DNA of 63,316 nt, the filler included. It is 6 parts of 6 records of this genome, joined end to end, with 100 filler letters (N's around TTAATTAATTAA, not from the genome) between each part and the next. Parts side by side here need not be neighbours in the genome. Positions count along the whole stretch, not along the records: positions 29,444 to 36,491 come from DRR723986_6381; positions 36,592 to 49,630 come from DRR723986_6388; 4 more parts are not named here. One strand, given 5' to 3'. This document shows, in pieces, positions 29,445-39,575 of the stretch; within the stretch, counting starts at the first letter, position 1; each line of letters begins with the position of its first letter. The translations under genes were made by a program, and so were the position numbers. The notes under the pieces were generated by a model, which saw nothing but the letters and a program-made list of their open reading frames with translations, was not told where the DNA came from and searched no databases.

Positions 29445-29924
29445 GTCTATGGTGCAGCCTATGAGGGCGACGAAGGCTTTGCAGCCATTCAGAAAAGCAT
29501 CGAAGAATTCGCCGAAACTGAGGGTCGCCGCCCCCGCCTGTTGGTGGTGAAGATGGGGCAGGACGGTCACGATCGGGGTGCCAAAGTCATCGCAACGGCC
29601 TTTGCTGATATCGGCTTTGACGTCGACGTTGGCCCCTTGTTCCAGACCCCAGCCGAAGCTGCACAAGACGCGGTTGATAATGATGTGCACGTGGTGGGCA
29701 TCAGCTCGCAAGCGGCGGGTCATAAAACACTGGCACCGCAACTGGTACAGGCGTTGAAAGAGGCCGGCGCCGAGGACGTTATTGTGATCTGCGGTGGGGT
29801 GATCCCACAGCAGGATTATCAGTTCCTCTACGACAATGGCGTTAAGGCGATCTTTGGACCGGGCACAAACATTCCCGAAGCAGCACAGGATATCCTGAAA
29901 CTGATCAGTGAAACGCGAACCTAA
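29445..29924 (+). CDS. scpA: Methylmalonyl-CoA mutase C-terminal B12-binding domain (5' truncated)
   Basis: '[22 protein letters not shown]', 'GGVIP', 'IFGPGT'. Confidence 0.93.
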   Translation, partial: VYGAAYEGDEGFAAIQKSIEEFAETEGRRPRLLVVKMGQDGHDRGAKVIATAFADIGFDVDVGPLFQTPAEAAQDAVDNDVHVVGISSQAAGHKTLAPQLVQALKEAGAEDVIVICGGVIPQQDYQFLYDNGVKAIFGPGTNIPEAAQDILKLISETRT

Positions 29925-30410
29925 ATGGGCAAGCGGGGACAGATCTTATTCGGCATGGCTGGTGGTGCGCTTTGGGGCATTCTTGTCTGCGTCACACCGA
30001 TGTGGCTGGATCTGCCTTATGTCCCTGCGGCCCTTGCTTTACCCGGCGCGTTTCTCGCGCCGGGTCTTTTCTTGGCCCTTGTGATTGGTCGGCTGGCCCA
30101 GCGTCGGTTCTTTGATGATGCGATCATCGACGGCGATCCGTTTCACACAGGGTCTGGGGCAGAGATAGATCAGCGGGTTCTGACGAACACTGTTGAACAA
30201 CTAATTTTGGCACTGGTGCTGTGGCCCTTTGTTGCGATGTCTCTTGGTGGCGCAGTTGCGATTGCCCTCGGGATGTCATTTGCGTTGATGCGGGTGTTGT
30301 TCTGGATTGGGTATCACCTGTCGCCGCCTTTGCGGGGGCTCGGATTTGCAGGCACGTTTTATCCCACACTTATCGCGACATTCTGGGCATTTGCGGCCTG
30401 GGCGGGATAA
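29925..30410 (+). CDS. MAPEG-family membrane protein
   Basis: 'RVLTNTVEQ', 'RVLFWIGY...LRGLGF', 4 TM helices. Confidence 0.75.
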   Translation: MGKRGQILFGMAGGALWGILVCVTPMWLDLPYVPAALALPGAFLAPGLFLALVIGRLAQRRFFDDAIIDGDPFHTGSGAEIDQRVLTNTVEQLILALVLWPFVAMSLGGAVAIALGMSFALMRVLFWIGYHLSPPLRGLGFAGTFYPTLIATFWAFAAWAG

Positions 30411-30511
30411 GGGTGCTTTTCAGCGACGTCGTGCCCTGACGGCTCTTGCGTCGTTTTGGCGTTGTGCTTGGGCGACTGCTTTGTAGTGTACACTGCAAAG
30501 GAGAGTTTGAC

Positions 30512-31120
30512 ATGCAATTGGATCATTTGGCCGTCGCGGGTGAGTCCTTGTCCGATGCGGTCGCGCATGTGGAGCAGGCGCTAGGGGTTGCCATGCAACC
30601 CGGCGGACGGCACCCGCGCTATGGAACGCATAATCGTTTGATCGGGTTGATGGATGGGCTGTATCTAGAGGCGATCGCGATTGAACCCGGCGTGGTGCCG
30701 GAAAATCAACCCAGATGGTTCGATCTGGACAATTTCAAAGGGCCTGCGCGCCTGACAAACTGGATTCTCCGGTCGAGGGACTTAGAGACCGAGACCGAGA
30801 AACTGCTGCCCCATGCACGTCAGTTGGTTGCCATGCAGCGGGGGGATTTGAGATGGCTGATGACCGTGCCGGTGGACGGGGTTCTGCCCTATGAAAATCT
30901 GTACCCGGCCGTGCTGGAGTGGCAGGGGCGATTACCGGCGGACAGTTTGACGCCGTCGGGGTGTCGGTTGCTGCATCTGTCGATTAGCCATCCGGACGGG
31001 GAAGCATTGCGTGCAGATCTGGCCCCCATCTTGGCCGACCCCAAAATTGCTATCGAGTCTGGCCCGCATGGGATGAGTGCCGAATTTGAAACCCCACACG
31101 GGCGTCGTGTGTTGGAATGA
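30512..31120 (+). CDS. VOC / glyoxalase-like domain protein
   Basis: 'LDHL', 'GGRHPRYGTHNRL', 'YLEAIA'; GGAG RBS before the ATG. Confidence 0.85.
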   Translation: MQLDHLAVAGESLSDAVAHVEQALGVAMQPGGRHPRYGTHNRLIGLMDGLYLEAIAIEPGVVPENQPRWFDLDNFKGPARLTNWILRSRDLETETEKLLPHARQLVAMQRGDLRWLMTVPVDGVLPYENLYPAVLEWQGRLPADSLTPSGCRLLHLSISHPDGEALRADLAPILADPKIAIESGPHGMSAEFETPHGRRVLE

Positions 31121-31641
31121 GGGTCCGTCCTGCTGCGCACCAAGATGCAGATGCGATCTGTGCGATCATGAACGCCACGATTAAAGACACTCTAAATACC
31201 TTCACGACCACACTGCGTGATCCTGCGTCTGTTGCCGATGAAATTGCGCAACGCGGTGCTGCGTTTCTGGTTGCTGAGGACCCGGAGCAAGTAGTTGGGT
31301 TCGCGACATACGGCCCCTTTCGCAGCGGGCCGGGCTATGTACACACACAGGAACACTCGATCCAGCTGACAGCTGAGGCACGTGGGCGCGGTGTCGGGCG
31401 GGCCTTGATGGTGCAGTTGGAACGCGCTGCGCTGCATGCGGGTATTCACGTTCTGGTCGCGGGGATCAGTTCGGCAAATCGAACTGCGATCGGATTTCAT
31501 AGCGCCCTCGGGTTTACCGAGGTCGGGCGCATGCCCGAAGTGGGGCACAAATGGGGGCAGTGGCTGGACCTGATTTTGATGCAGAAAAATCTTGCTCTGG
31601 TAGTAAAAGCCGCACCTGACACTTCTGAAAAGTGCGGTTAG
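31117..31641 (+). CDS. GNAT N-acetyltransferase (phosphinothricin/methionine sulfoximine acetyltransferase-like)
   Basis: 'GFATYGPFRSGPGY', 'RGRGVG', 'FHSALGF', 'VGHKWGQWLD'. Confidence 0.88.
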   Translation: MRVRPAAHQDADAICAIMNATIKDTLNTFTTTLRDPASVADEIAQRGAAFLVAEDPEQVVGFATYGPFRSGPGYVHTQEHSIQLTAEARGRGVGRALMVQLERAALHAGIHVLVAGISSANRTAIGFHSALGFTEVGRMPEVGHKWGQWLDLILMQKNLALVVKAAPDTSEKCG

Positions 31642-31650
31642 GATAGTTTT

Positions 31651-32331
31651 ATGTCACTCTGGACCCGTATAACCGACGCGCTTAGCGCGCTCTCCCAAGG
31701 CGAAAGCCTGACGCAGGTCTTTGATCGCCTGCGCACCCCGCCGGAGAAATCTGTGGCTTTTGCCATCGCGGTGATCGCGTTGGGGGCGAAAATGGCCAAG
31801 GCGGATGGGCAGGTAACCCGGGATGAGGTCACCGCCTTTCGCGAGGTGTTTCAGATCGCCCGTGATGACGAGGCGGGCGCGGCGCGGGTCTTTGATATGG
31901 CGCGGACCGATGTCGCGGGCTACGAAGACTATGCGCGCAGCATTCATCAGATGTTTGCAGATGATCCGACAACCCTGTGCGATTTGATGGAGGGGCTGTT
32001 TCATATTGCGATGGCCGATGGGTTCTATCACCCCGGCGAAAATGAATTCCTGTCCGAAGTCAGCCGGATTTTTGGACAGAATGAACAGCAATTCATGGCT
32101 CTTCGGGCTCGTTTTGTTCCGGACGCACCCAAAGACCCGTATACGGTTCTAGGCGTGCCGGCAGATCTGCCGATGCCAGAAATTCGTAAGATCTGGCGGC
32201 AACTGGTCCGGGAAACCCACCCAGATGCAATGATCGCGCGTGGGGTTCCTGAAGAGGCGATCAGGCTGGCTGAAAAGCGCATGATCGACATCAACCGGGC
32301 CTGGGATGAGATCAACGGCGCGCGGATCTGA
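31651..32331 (+). CDS. DjlA-like co-chaperone (TerB + J domain)
   Basis: 'KMAKADGQVT', 'DPYTVLG', 'HPD'. Confidence 0.88.
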   Translation: MSLWTRITDALSALSQGESLTQVFDRLRTPPEKSVAFAIAVIALGAKMAKADGQVTRDEVTAFREVFQIARDDEAGAARVFDMARTDVAGYEDYARSIHQMFADDPTTLCDLMEGLFHIAMADGFYHPGENEFLSEVSRIFGQNEQQFMALRARFVPDAPKDPYTVLGVPADLPMPEIRKIWRQLVRETHPDAMIARGVPEEAIRLAEKRMIDINRAWDEINGARI

Positions 32332-32334
32332 TCG

Positions 32335-33348
32335 ATGCGTTTGGCGACCTACAATGTGGAATGGTTTGCTAATCTTTTTGACAACGACGACCAGCTGATC
32401 AGTGATAGCAGCTGGTCCGGGCGTTATGATGTGACCAAGGCCGACCAGATCGAAGCGATCGCCACGGTTCTGACCGCGCTCGACGCAGATGCAATCCTGA
32501 TTGTTGAGGCCCCTAATACCGGACGCAAGCAAAACACTGTGCACGCATTGGAACGATTTGCTGCCGCTTTCAATTTGCGGACACGCAGCGCGCTGATCGG
32601 GTTTGCCAACGATACGGATCAAGAAATCGCACTGCTGTATGATCCGGATGTGTTGACCGCCACCCATGATCCAAAGGGTGAAGAGACCGGTAAACGCGGC
32701 AGCACCACGCCGCCGCGTTTTGATGGCGTGTTTCGGATTGATCTGGATATTGATGCGACCGAAGATTTGATCCGTTTTTCCAAGCCCCCTTTGGAACTGG
32801 CCGTGCAGACCGCCAACGGGACGCGGTTTCGCCTGATTGGAGCGCATTTGAAATCCAAAGCCCCACATGGCGCAAAGAACCGGGACGAGGTCATTCGCAT
32901 TTCGATTGCCAACCGGCGCAAGCAGTTGGCACAGGCGATTTGGCTGAGCGCACGTGTGCAGGACCATCAAGCCGCTGGAGAAGAGGTGATCTTGTTAGGC
33001 GATCTGAACGATGGTCCGGGGTTGGATGAGTTCGAACATCTTTTTGGGCGCTCATCGGTCGAAATCCTGCTGGATGCCAGGCTGTATGACCCACATGCGA
33101 ACAAAGCCACTCAGAAGCGCGCTCACGCCGTGCCCACCACGGCCCGCTTTAAAATACGCGGAGAAGGACGGTATCTGCAGGCTCTATTGGATTATATTAT
33201 GGTGACACCGAGGTTGCAGGCGCTTCACCCCGTCTGGCGGATCTGGCATCCTTTTGACGATGCAGAATGTTGGAAAGTTCCCGAATTGCGCGACGCGTTG
33301 CTCACGGCGTCGGACCATTTTCCCGTCTCAATGGAAATTGACATATGA
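32335..33348 (+). CDS. Endonuclease/exonuclease/phosphatase family protein
   Basis: 'ATYNVEW', 'HLKSK', 'LGDLND', 'LDYI', 'SDHFPV'. Confidence 0.9.
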   Translation: MRLATYNVEWFANLFDNDDQLISDSSWSGRYDVTKADQIEAIATVLTALDADAILIVEAPNTGRKQNTVHALERFAAAFNLRTRSALIGFANDTDQEIALLYDPDVLTATHDPKGEETGKRGSTTPPRFDGVFRIDLDIDATEDLIRFSKPPLELAVQTANGTRFRLIGAHLKSKAPHGAKNRDEVIRISIANRRKQLAQAIWLSARVQDHQAAGEEVILLGDLNDGPGLDEFEHLFGRSSVEILLDARLYDPHANKATQKRAHAVPTTARFKIRGEGRYLQALLDYIMVTPRLQALHPVWRIWHPFDDAECWKVPELRDALLTASDHFPVSMEIDI

Positions 33349-33376
33349 CCTTTGAACCAAGGGTTGATGCCCATAT

Positions 33377-33772
33377 ATGAGAGATATGAAACAGATAGCT
33401 TCTCTGGCCCTAGTGGTCACACTCGCCGCCGCCCCGGTTACCGCCCAAGATACAGGTGACACGGATAAATCTTTGATGGAGCAGGGTGCTGAACTGTTCT
33501 TTAAGGGGCTGCGCGAAGAAATGGAGCCAACGCTGGATAGCTTGCGCGGATTGGCAGAGGAATACGGCCCCTCTATGCGCAGTTTTTTTGAAGAAATGGG
33601 ACCGGCACTGGCGGATATGGCAAGCCAGGTTCAGGATTGGAGCGCCTATCACGCGCCTGAGATGTTGGAAAACGGAGATATTATTATCCGCAAAAAAGTT
33701 ACGCCCGAGGGGGAGGTGCCTGCCGACCCAGCCCCAGGGGATAATCCCCGTCAAGGGACCACAGATATCTAA
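33377..33772 (+). CDS. Conserved secreted hypothetical protein
   Basis: Signal peptide and 'YHAPEMLENGDIIIRKK'. Confidence 0.7.
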   Translation: MRDMKQIASLALVVTLAAAPVTAQDTGDTDKSLMEQGAELFFKGLREEMEPTLDSLRGLAEEYGPSMRSFFEEMGPALADMASQVQDWSAYHAPEMLENGDIIIRKKVTPEGEVPADPAPGDNPRQGTTDI

Positions 33773-35313
33773 CCTTTGATGATAACCTCATGCTCGGCGT
33801 CTAGCGCGTTGGCCAACGAGTCAAACCGCGCCTGAGCCACTTCGCTGTAAAGTGGAACGGTGCTTTTGGGCAGGATCATCTCAAGTCGGCGCTTTTTAGG
33901 ATACCAGTGCAGTTTGCCCATTTTGGTGTCTTTTTGCATCCATAGCATCGCGCCCAGACGCATGGCTTTACCCAGAACCTCGGCCTGCTTCTGCTCTTTG
34001 TCGGTGAGCAGTTCATACAGGGGTTCGAACCGGTTCCCAGCGCGTTTGTTGCGATATCGGTGTTGCAACGCGAGCCCCAGGAAAACACGTTCAGAGTGTT
34101 TTAATCCGCCCAGATTGGCGCGGGTTGCGTTGTCGAAACAGACCTCGGCCCGGTAATCCGGGTGGGCGCGCCAGCTGACGTCGTGCAGCAGACACGCGGC
34201 TTTTATCAGGCGCACCTGAGCCTTTGGCGCGGATTTGTACAAGGGCATCACAAAATCAAACAGTTGCTTGCCAAAGCCGGGTAGGCGGGCGTCTTTGTTT
34301 TCGGCCCAATAGCAGGATTCGATCAAAGGGTCGCGATCCCGCAGCTTTTGCGGCATTTGTTCGTACAGTAGCCCCTCGCGAATTCCGTAGCTGGAAATCG
34401 CGATATCTTTGGGTTTGAAGGTACGGACAAGGCGCGTCAAAACATCCATCGCATAGGGCACCAACGCCATCCGAGACGACGACACACCGGCCCGGCTGCG
34501 CAGTTTGTCCAGATCACTTTGTTCGATGAATTTGATCGTTTCACGCACATCCGTCACGGTCATGCGGTATTCGTGCAGAACCTTAAGGGGGTAGCCGCGT
34601 CGCACCATGTCGATACGGGCGATCGCGCGCCAGCTGCCCCCAACAAGGAACAAGCGATCCGGTTGTGGCCCCATCTGTTGATAGAGCCCCTCCATCACCT
34701 CTTTGATGTGGTTCTTGAGACCGCGTCGTCCGCCTTTGATGTCCCGCAATTTGAGCGGTCCAAGTGAGGAGGTTACCCGCTTTCCCACCGTACCGTCGTG
34801 GATTTCCGCCAACTCCATGGACGAGCCACCGATGTCGCAGATTAGTCCATAGGCGCCGGGCCAACCCAACAGAACACCCTGTGCAGACAGGCGCGCCTCT
34901 TCTTTGCCATCGATGACCTGAATGTGCAGACCGGTTTCACGCAACACCTCGGCACAGAAATCAGGGCCATCTTCGGCATCGCGAACCGCAGCTGTGGCCA
35001 CCACGTGTAGCGGGGGCATATCCAAACCCTGTGCCAGATGTTGGAACCGGTTCAAGGCGGCAAGCGCGCGTTCACGGCCCTGTGGGTTCAGACGGCCAGT
35101 TTCGGACAGTCCAGCCCCAAGCGCGCACATGATTTTCTCGTTATAGAAATAGGCCGGAGACCGGGCCGCGCCATCAAACACGACCATACGGACAGAGTTT
35201 GATCCGACATCGACCACTCCGACGCGGGACAAGGCCCGCGCACTGGGATCATCGAACAAAGGCCGTCCAAACGGACCCCAGTCAGGGGCAGTTATCGCAG
35301 GTGAATGGTCCAT
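33769..35313 (-). CDS. ppx: Ppx/GppA exopolyphosphatase
   Basis: 'DVGSNSVR', 'ATAAVRDA', 'EEARLS', 'DIGGSSMEL', 'GIREG', HD-like 'LLHDVSW'. Confidence 0.93.
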   Translation of the reverse strand: MDHSPAITAPDWGPFGRPLFDDPSARALSRVGVVDVGSNSVRMVVFDGAARSPAYFYNEKIMCALGAGLSETGRLNPQGRERALAALNRFQHLAQGLDMPPLHVVATAAVRDAEDGPDFCAEVLRETGLHIQVIDGKEEARLSAQGVLLGWPGAYGLICDIGGSSMELAEIHDGTVGKRVTSSLGPLKLRDIKGGRRGLKNHIKEVMEGLYQQMGPQPDRLFLVGGSWRAIARIDMVRRGYPLKVLHEYRMTVTDVRETIKFIEQSDLDKLRSRAGVSSSRMALVPYAMDVLTRLVRTFKPKDIAISSYGIREGLLYEQMPQKLRDRDPLIESCYWAENKDARLPGFGKQLFDFVMPLYKSAPKAQVRLIKAACLLHDVSWRAHPDYRAEVCFDNATRANLGGLKHSERVFLGLALQHRYRNKRAGNRFEPLYELLTDKEQKQAEVLGKAMRLGAMLWMQKDTKMGKLHWYPKKRRLEMILPKSTVPLYSEVAQARFDSLANALDAEHEVIIKG

Positions 35314-35379
35314 ATCATCCCCGGAATTTTTGGAGTTAAGATGCGCAATTGGTCCGCTTGGGTCAATTGCGCTGTCGTC

Positions 35380-36051
35380 TCATGCGACATCTTCGTTCAA
35401 TACCCTGATGGCCAGTGCGCGTGTTATCGGGCGACTTTCGGTCAACGCAATACGGTCCAGACGATCCACGACCTGAGCAGCCGTCTCAAAGCGCCGGTCC
35501 ATGTGTTTCACAAGGTACGAAATCACATCAGGTTTGGGGAACAGCTGGCGGTCTACAAACAGCTTGGCTAGCACCGCACAGAGCAGGGCATCGTCAGGCG
35601 GATCAAGTGCAACATGATGCGCACCTTGGATACGGCTTTGCAGGTCCGGCAACGGAAGTTCCCAAAACCGGGGGGCGAGGCGTCCGGTCATCAACAGCGT
35701 GTGCCCCTCGGCGAGGGTCAGGTTGTGCAGGTGGAACAGCGATTTCTGGATTTCCAGATCCGCAGCCACAAACGGTACGTCCTCAATGGCGATGGGCCCT
35801 TGTGCGAGCTCTGGTACGTCTTCGTATCGCAGATCGGCGGCATTCAGAATGCGCCCACCGGTTTCGCCAGCCCACACATGCGCCAGATGTGTTTTTCCAG
35901 CCCCTGCAGGACCCGTCAGAACCAATTTGTTCCCCGGCCAAGAAGAGGCCGAGATCATCGCAACCGCCAACGCATTAGACGGGGACACAAAAAAGTCCTC
36001 GCGGCCCAATGCGGTTTTGGCCGGCAAATCAAAGCTAAGCTGTTCGGCCAT
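35380..36051 (-). CDS. hdaA: DnaA-related protein HdaA
   Basis: Clamp-binding 'QLSFDL', 'GPAGAGKTHL', 'LFHLHN', 'LPDLQSR'. Confidence 0.88.
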   Translation of the reverse strand: MAEQLSFDLPAKTALGREDFFVSPSNALAVAMISASSWPGNKLVLTGPAGAGKTHLAHVWAGETGGRILNAADLRYEDVPELAQGPIAIEDVPFVAADLEIQKSLFHLHNLTLAEGHTLLMTGRLAPRFWELPLPDLQSRIQGAHHVALDPPDDALLCAVLAKLFVDRQLFPKPDVISYLVKHMDRRFETAAQVVDRLDRIALTESRPITRALAIRVLNEDVA

Positions 36052-36491
36052 TTATTCGGCGTCCTGTCCCGTGATTCCTTGGTACAACCGACTGCTCAGG
36101 TATTGTCCGGTTCCAAACCGTGCCAAAACACCCAAGGCGGCGGCCACGGGGACAGCGATCAGCATGCCAACAAAGCCAAACAATGCGCCAAAGACAGACA
36201 GGGCCAAGAGCAACCAGACAGGATGCAAACCGACGGAACTGCCAACCAGTTTCGGGGTGAGATAATTCCCTTCGATCACCTGCCCAAAGGCAAAGATCGC
36301 ACCGACAATCCCGATGGATGTCCAGTCGCCCCAGAACTGAAACAGGGCCAGACCAATTGCCAAGGCACCGCCGATCAGCGCACCGAGATAGGGGATAAAG
36401 GTGACCAAACCAGCGATAAACCCAACGATCAGGCCAAATTGCAGTCCGACCAGCATCAGCGCCACGGCATAATAGGTGCCCAAGATCAGGC
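36052..36491 (-). CDS. AI-2E family transporter (5' truncated)
   Basis: 'FIPYLG', 'EGNYLTPKLVGSSVGLHP', 'GMLIAVP'. Confidence 0.9.
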
Positions 36492-36591
36492 NNNNNNNNN
36501 NNNNNNNNNNNNNNNNNNNNNNNNNNNNNNNNNNNTTAATTAATTAANNNNNNNNNNNNNNNNNNNNNNNNNNNNNNNNNNNNNNNNNNNN
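36492..36591. other. Artificial contig spacer
   Basis: 44 N + TTAATTAATTAA + 44 N. Confidence 0.99.
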
Positions 36592-36592
36592 G

Positions 36593-36646
36593 GCGCCCGC
36601 GCAGGTGCGCGCGCAGGTGGCCCGCTGGAAAGAGGTGCTGGGATGA
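36593..36646 (+). CDS. argH: Argininosuccinate lyase, extreme C-terminus (truncated)
   Basis: Reads APAQVRAQVARWKEVLG*, resembling the ArgH tail, and is followed by a lipoprotein and DUF2834 as in the usual rhodobacter synteny. Confidence 0.7.
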   Translation, partial: APAQVRAQVARWKEVLG

Positions 36647-36819
36647 AACGGCCACAGCCCATGGCGCGAACGCTGGTGGTGCCGATGATCGCGGCGCTGA
36701 TGGCCTTGGCCGGATGCGGTATTGATGGCGCACCTGAGCCGCCGGAAAAAACCAAAGGCCGTATCGTTTTATCGCATATGGCCTCTCCGGCCGTGGCGGA
36801 AAAATTGGCAAAGGGGTAA
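36643..36819 (+). CDS. Small lipoprotein (YifL/LptM-like), not in the ORF track
   Basis: 58 aa MKRPQPMARTLVVPMIAALMALAGCGIDGAPEPP...; lipobox LAGC; ATGA overlap with the argH stop. Confidence 0.7.
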   Translation: MKRPQPMARTLVVPMIAALMALAGCGIDGAPEPPEKTKGRIVLSHMASPAVAEKLAKG

Positions 36820-36824
36820 GGGGT

Positions 36825-37145
36825 ATGACGGCACTGCGCTATGGGTATCTGGGCCTGGCCATTTGGGGGGCCATTCACCCGATGTATTATTTCCTGACCT
36901 ATATGCGCGAAACGGGCACTGGTTTGGGCGGGCTTATCGATGCGTGGTATGTGAATGCCTCGACCACGGGGCTGACATGGGATTTAACGATTGCCGCCCT
37001 GACGCTGACGCTATGGGTGCTGGCCGAAACCTTTGTGCGCCGAAACTGGCTGGCTTTGGTGGCGATCCCGGCCACATTTTGTATCGGTGTCAGCTGTGGC
37101 CTGCCGCTGTATCTGTTTTTGCGCAGCCGCCCCTTAGCCACCTGA
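36825..37145 (+). CDS. DUF2834 membrane protein
   Basis: 'WDLTIAA', 'IGVSCGLPLYLFLR'. Confidence 0.8.
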   Translation: MTALRYGYLGLAIWGAIHPMYYFLTYMRETGTGLGGLIDAWYVNASTTGLTWDLTIAALTLTLWVLAETFVRRNWLALVAIPATFCIGVSCGLPLYLFLRSRPLAT

Positions 37146-38066
37146 GGCCGATTGGCGCGCCTTGAGCGCGGCAATCAATGCGCGATCGCGCGCCTGTTCC
37201 AATTCGCCAATGCTGCGGCCGGCGGCGGCCTCTTCGATGCCTGCGATCAGCGCGGCTTGGGTTTCTGGGGTCAGGCTGGGGGTGCCAAGGCTGGCCCAGC
37301 GCCGCTCTTGGCTGGGGCCAAGATGAGCCAAATACCCCGCCATTCCGCCCGCACCGCCGCCCAGATGATAGGCCATATGCGCCCCCAACACCGACCAGCG
37401 CAGCCCCGGCCCGTGTTTCAGCGCCTCGTCCACCGCGCCCACATCGGCAATGCCCTCGGCCACGATATGCACCGCCTCGCGCCACAGGGCTGCGGCCAGG
37501 CGGTTGGCGATATGGCCGGTGGCGTCTTTCTTCATCACCACCGGCACCCGCCCGGCTTGCGCATAAACCGCGCAGGCCCGCGCCACCAAGCCGGCATCGG
37601 GCCCATAGATTTCCACCAAAGGCACCAGATGCGGCGGGTTATAGGGATGGGCGGTGATCAGGCGGTGTGGCTGGGCCATGCCCGGGGCCAGATCTGACCA
37701 TGTCAGCGCCGAGGTAGACGAGGCAAAAATGCTATGCGCAGGCGCCAGGGCCTCGATCTGGGCGAAAAGCGCGTGTTTCACGGGCACAGATTCGGGGGCA
37801 TTTTCCTGCACCAAATCCGCCGCCTCTAGCGCCTGCGCCAGATCGCTGCATATCTGCAGCTGGCCGGTTGTGGGCTGGCCGTTGAGATCGGCCAAATGCT
37901 GCAACGGGCGGTCTATGCGGGCCCGGGCTGTGGCGCGCGCCTCAGTATCGGGATCCCACAGGCGCACCTTTGCGCCGTGGTGCATAAACAGTGCCGCCCA
38001 GCTGCAGCCGATCAGGCCTGCGCCCAAAATGGCGATGGTGGTTTTGTCCAATCCTGTCTCATCCAT
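37134..38066 (-). CDS. 3-hydroxyacyl-CoA dehydrogenase family (carnitine dehydrogenase/lambda-crystallin-like)
   Basis: 'GAGLIG', 'QENAPE', 'ASSTS', 'HPYNPPHLVPLVE', 'GHIANRL', 'GPGLRW'. Confidence 0.88.
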   Translation of the reverse strand: MDETGLDKTTIAILGAGLIGCSWAALFMHHGAKVRLWDPDTEARATARARIDRPLQHLADLNGQPTTGQLQICSDLAQALEAADLVQENAPESVPVKHALFAQIEALAPAHSIFASSTSALTWSDLAPGMAQPHRLITAHPYNPPHLVPLVEIYGPDAGLVARACAVYAQAGRVPVVMKKDATGHIANRLAAALWREAVHIVAEGIADVGAVDEALKHGPGLRWSVLGAHMAYHLGGGAGGMAGYLAHLGPSQERRWASLGTPSLTPETQAALIAGIEEAAAGRSIGELEQARDRALIAALKARQSASGG

Positions 38067-38197
38067 GGCCTGTGCCCCCCCATTTTGCGCATAAGGTGCG
38101 ATGGCGTGGGCCAAAGGGCAAGGGGCGCATGCCCGCCCCCTTGACAAGCGCGCCCCGCCCATGCCCAACCAAACCACCCCGGCAAAAGGACTGGCAC

Positions 38198-39568
38198 ATG
38201 AGCACCCCCACCCCCACAGGCGCCCTGCTGGACGAGGCGCAGGCCTTTTTGGCGGCCCACCCGCAGGTGCAGGCCATCGATGTGGTTCTCAGCGATCTGC
38301 ATGGCATCGGGCGTGGCAAAATTATCCGCCGCCACGAGCTGGAGGGGCTTTACACCGCCGGGCGGGGCATGCCGGGCACGCTGTTTGCCCAAGGCATCGA
38401 TGGTGTTGATGTGGCCGATGCGCTGGCCCAGCACGCAGCCGATGGGGGCGACAGCCGGTGTTGGCCGGTGCCCGGCAGTTTGGGTTTTATGCCTGCCACC
38501 GGGCGCGGTGTGGTGCTGGTGCAGATGTTTGGGGCCGATGGCGCCAGCTATCATTCCGATCCGCGCGGCGCGATGATGGCGCAGGTGGCGCGGGCGCAGG
38601 CGCTGGGCTGGCAGCCCATGGGTGCGATGGAGCTGGAATTTTACCTTACCGATCGTGGCCACGATGGCCAAGGCGCGCCGCTGTCGCCGCGCGCCCCGCT
38701 AACCGGCCGGCGGTTGGCGGGCAACAATTGCATGTCCGTGGACGAGCTGGATGAAATGTCGCCGTTTTTCGATGATGTCTATGCCGGCGCGCGCGCCCTT
38801 GGCCTGCCGCTGGAAACGGTGATCTCGGAATATGCGCAGGGCCAATTCGAGCTGACGTTGCAATATCGCGCGCTAGACCGCGCGGCCGATGATATTGTTT
38901 TGGCCAAGCGGCTGTTGCGCGCCACCGCGCGCCGCCATGGGTTTGAGGCCTGCTTTATGGCCAAACCGTTTGGCGCGCGGTCCGGCTCGGGGATGCATTT
39001 GCACCTGTCTTTGGCCGATGCGGCGGGGCAAAACCTGTTTGCCGACCCGCCCGAGGGTGGCCTGGCGCCCATGTTGCTTGCCGCCATCGGCGGGGTGCGT
39101 GCCAGTATGGGCGATAGTATGCTGGCGCTGGCGCCGGGGCTGAATTCGTGGCGTCGCTTTGCCAATACCGTCTATTCGCCCGCCACCAACAGCTGGGCTG
39201 TCGAAGATCGCGGCGTGGCGTTGCGGGTGCCGGGCGGGCAGGGGGGCAGCCGCCATTTCGAGCACCGCGTGGCAGGCGTGGATGCAAACCCCTATCTATG
39301 CGCCGCCATCACCTTGGGCGCTGCGCTGGATGGCATCACAAAGGCGCTGCAGCCCGGCGCCCCTGGGCTGGGGGGGGCTGCAGATCTGCCGCCCTTGCCC
39401 GATCACTGGCAGGCCGCGATTGCGCAGTTTCAATCCGCGCCCAGCATGGCGCGGCTGTTGGGGCCCCAGCTACATGCAGGGTTTTCAGCCCTAAAAATTG
39501 CCGAGGCCGCGCAATTGGCGGCCACGGTCACAGATGCTGAATGGCAGCTTTACGGTTTCCGCGTCTAG
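38198..39568 (+). CDS. Glutamine synthetase-like gamma-glutamyl ligase (PuuA-like)
   Basis: 'RGK', 'ELEFYL', 'SEYAQGQFE', 'FMAKP...SGSGMHLHLS', 'EHRVAGVDANPYL'. Confidence 0.88.
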   Translation: MSTPTPTGALLDEAQAFLAAHPQVQAIDVVLSDLHGIGRGKIIRRHELEGLYTAGRGMPGTLFAQGIDGVDVADALAQHAADGGDSRCWPVPGSLGFMPATGRGVVLVQMFGADGASYHSDPRGAMMAQVARAQALGWQPMGAMELEFYLTDRGHDGQGAPLSPRAPLTGRRLAGNNCMSVDELDEMSPFFDDVYAGARALGLPLETVISEYAQGQFELTLQYRALDRAADDIVLAKRLLRATARRHGFEACFMAKPFGARSGSGMHLHLSLADAAGQNLFADPPEGGLAPMLLAAIGGVRASMGDSMLALAPGLNSWRRFANTVYSPATNSWAVEDRGVALRVPGGQGGSRHFEHRVAGVDANPYLCAAITLGAALDGITKALQPGAPGLGGAADLPPLPDHWQAAIAQFQSAPSMARLLGPQLHAGFSALKIAEAAQLAATVTDAEWQLYGFRV

Positions 39569-39575
39569 CGCGGGC

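Noticed and set aside
21311-35313. ppk2 and ppx as one polyphosphate locus
   Set aside because: They are separated by a spacer and may come from different genomes.
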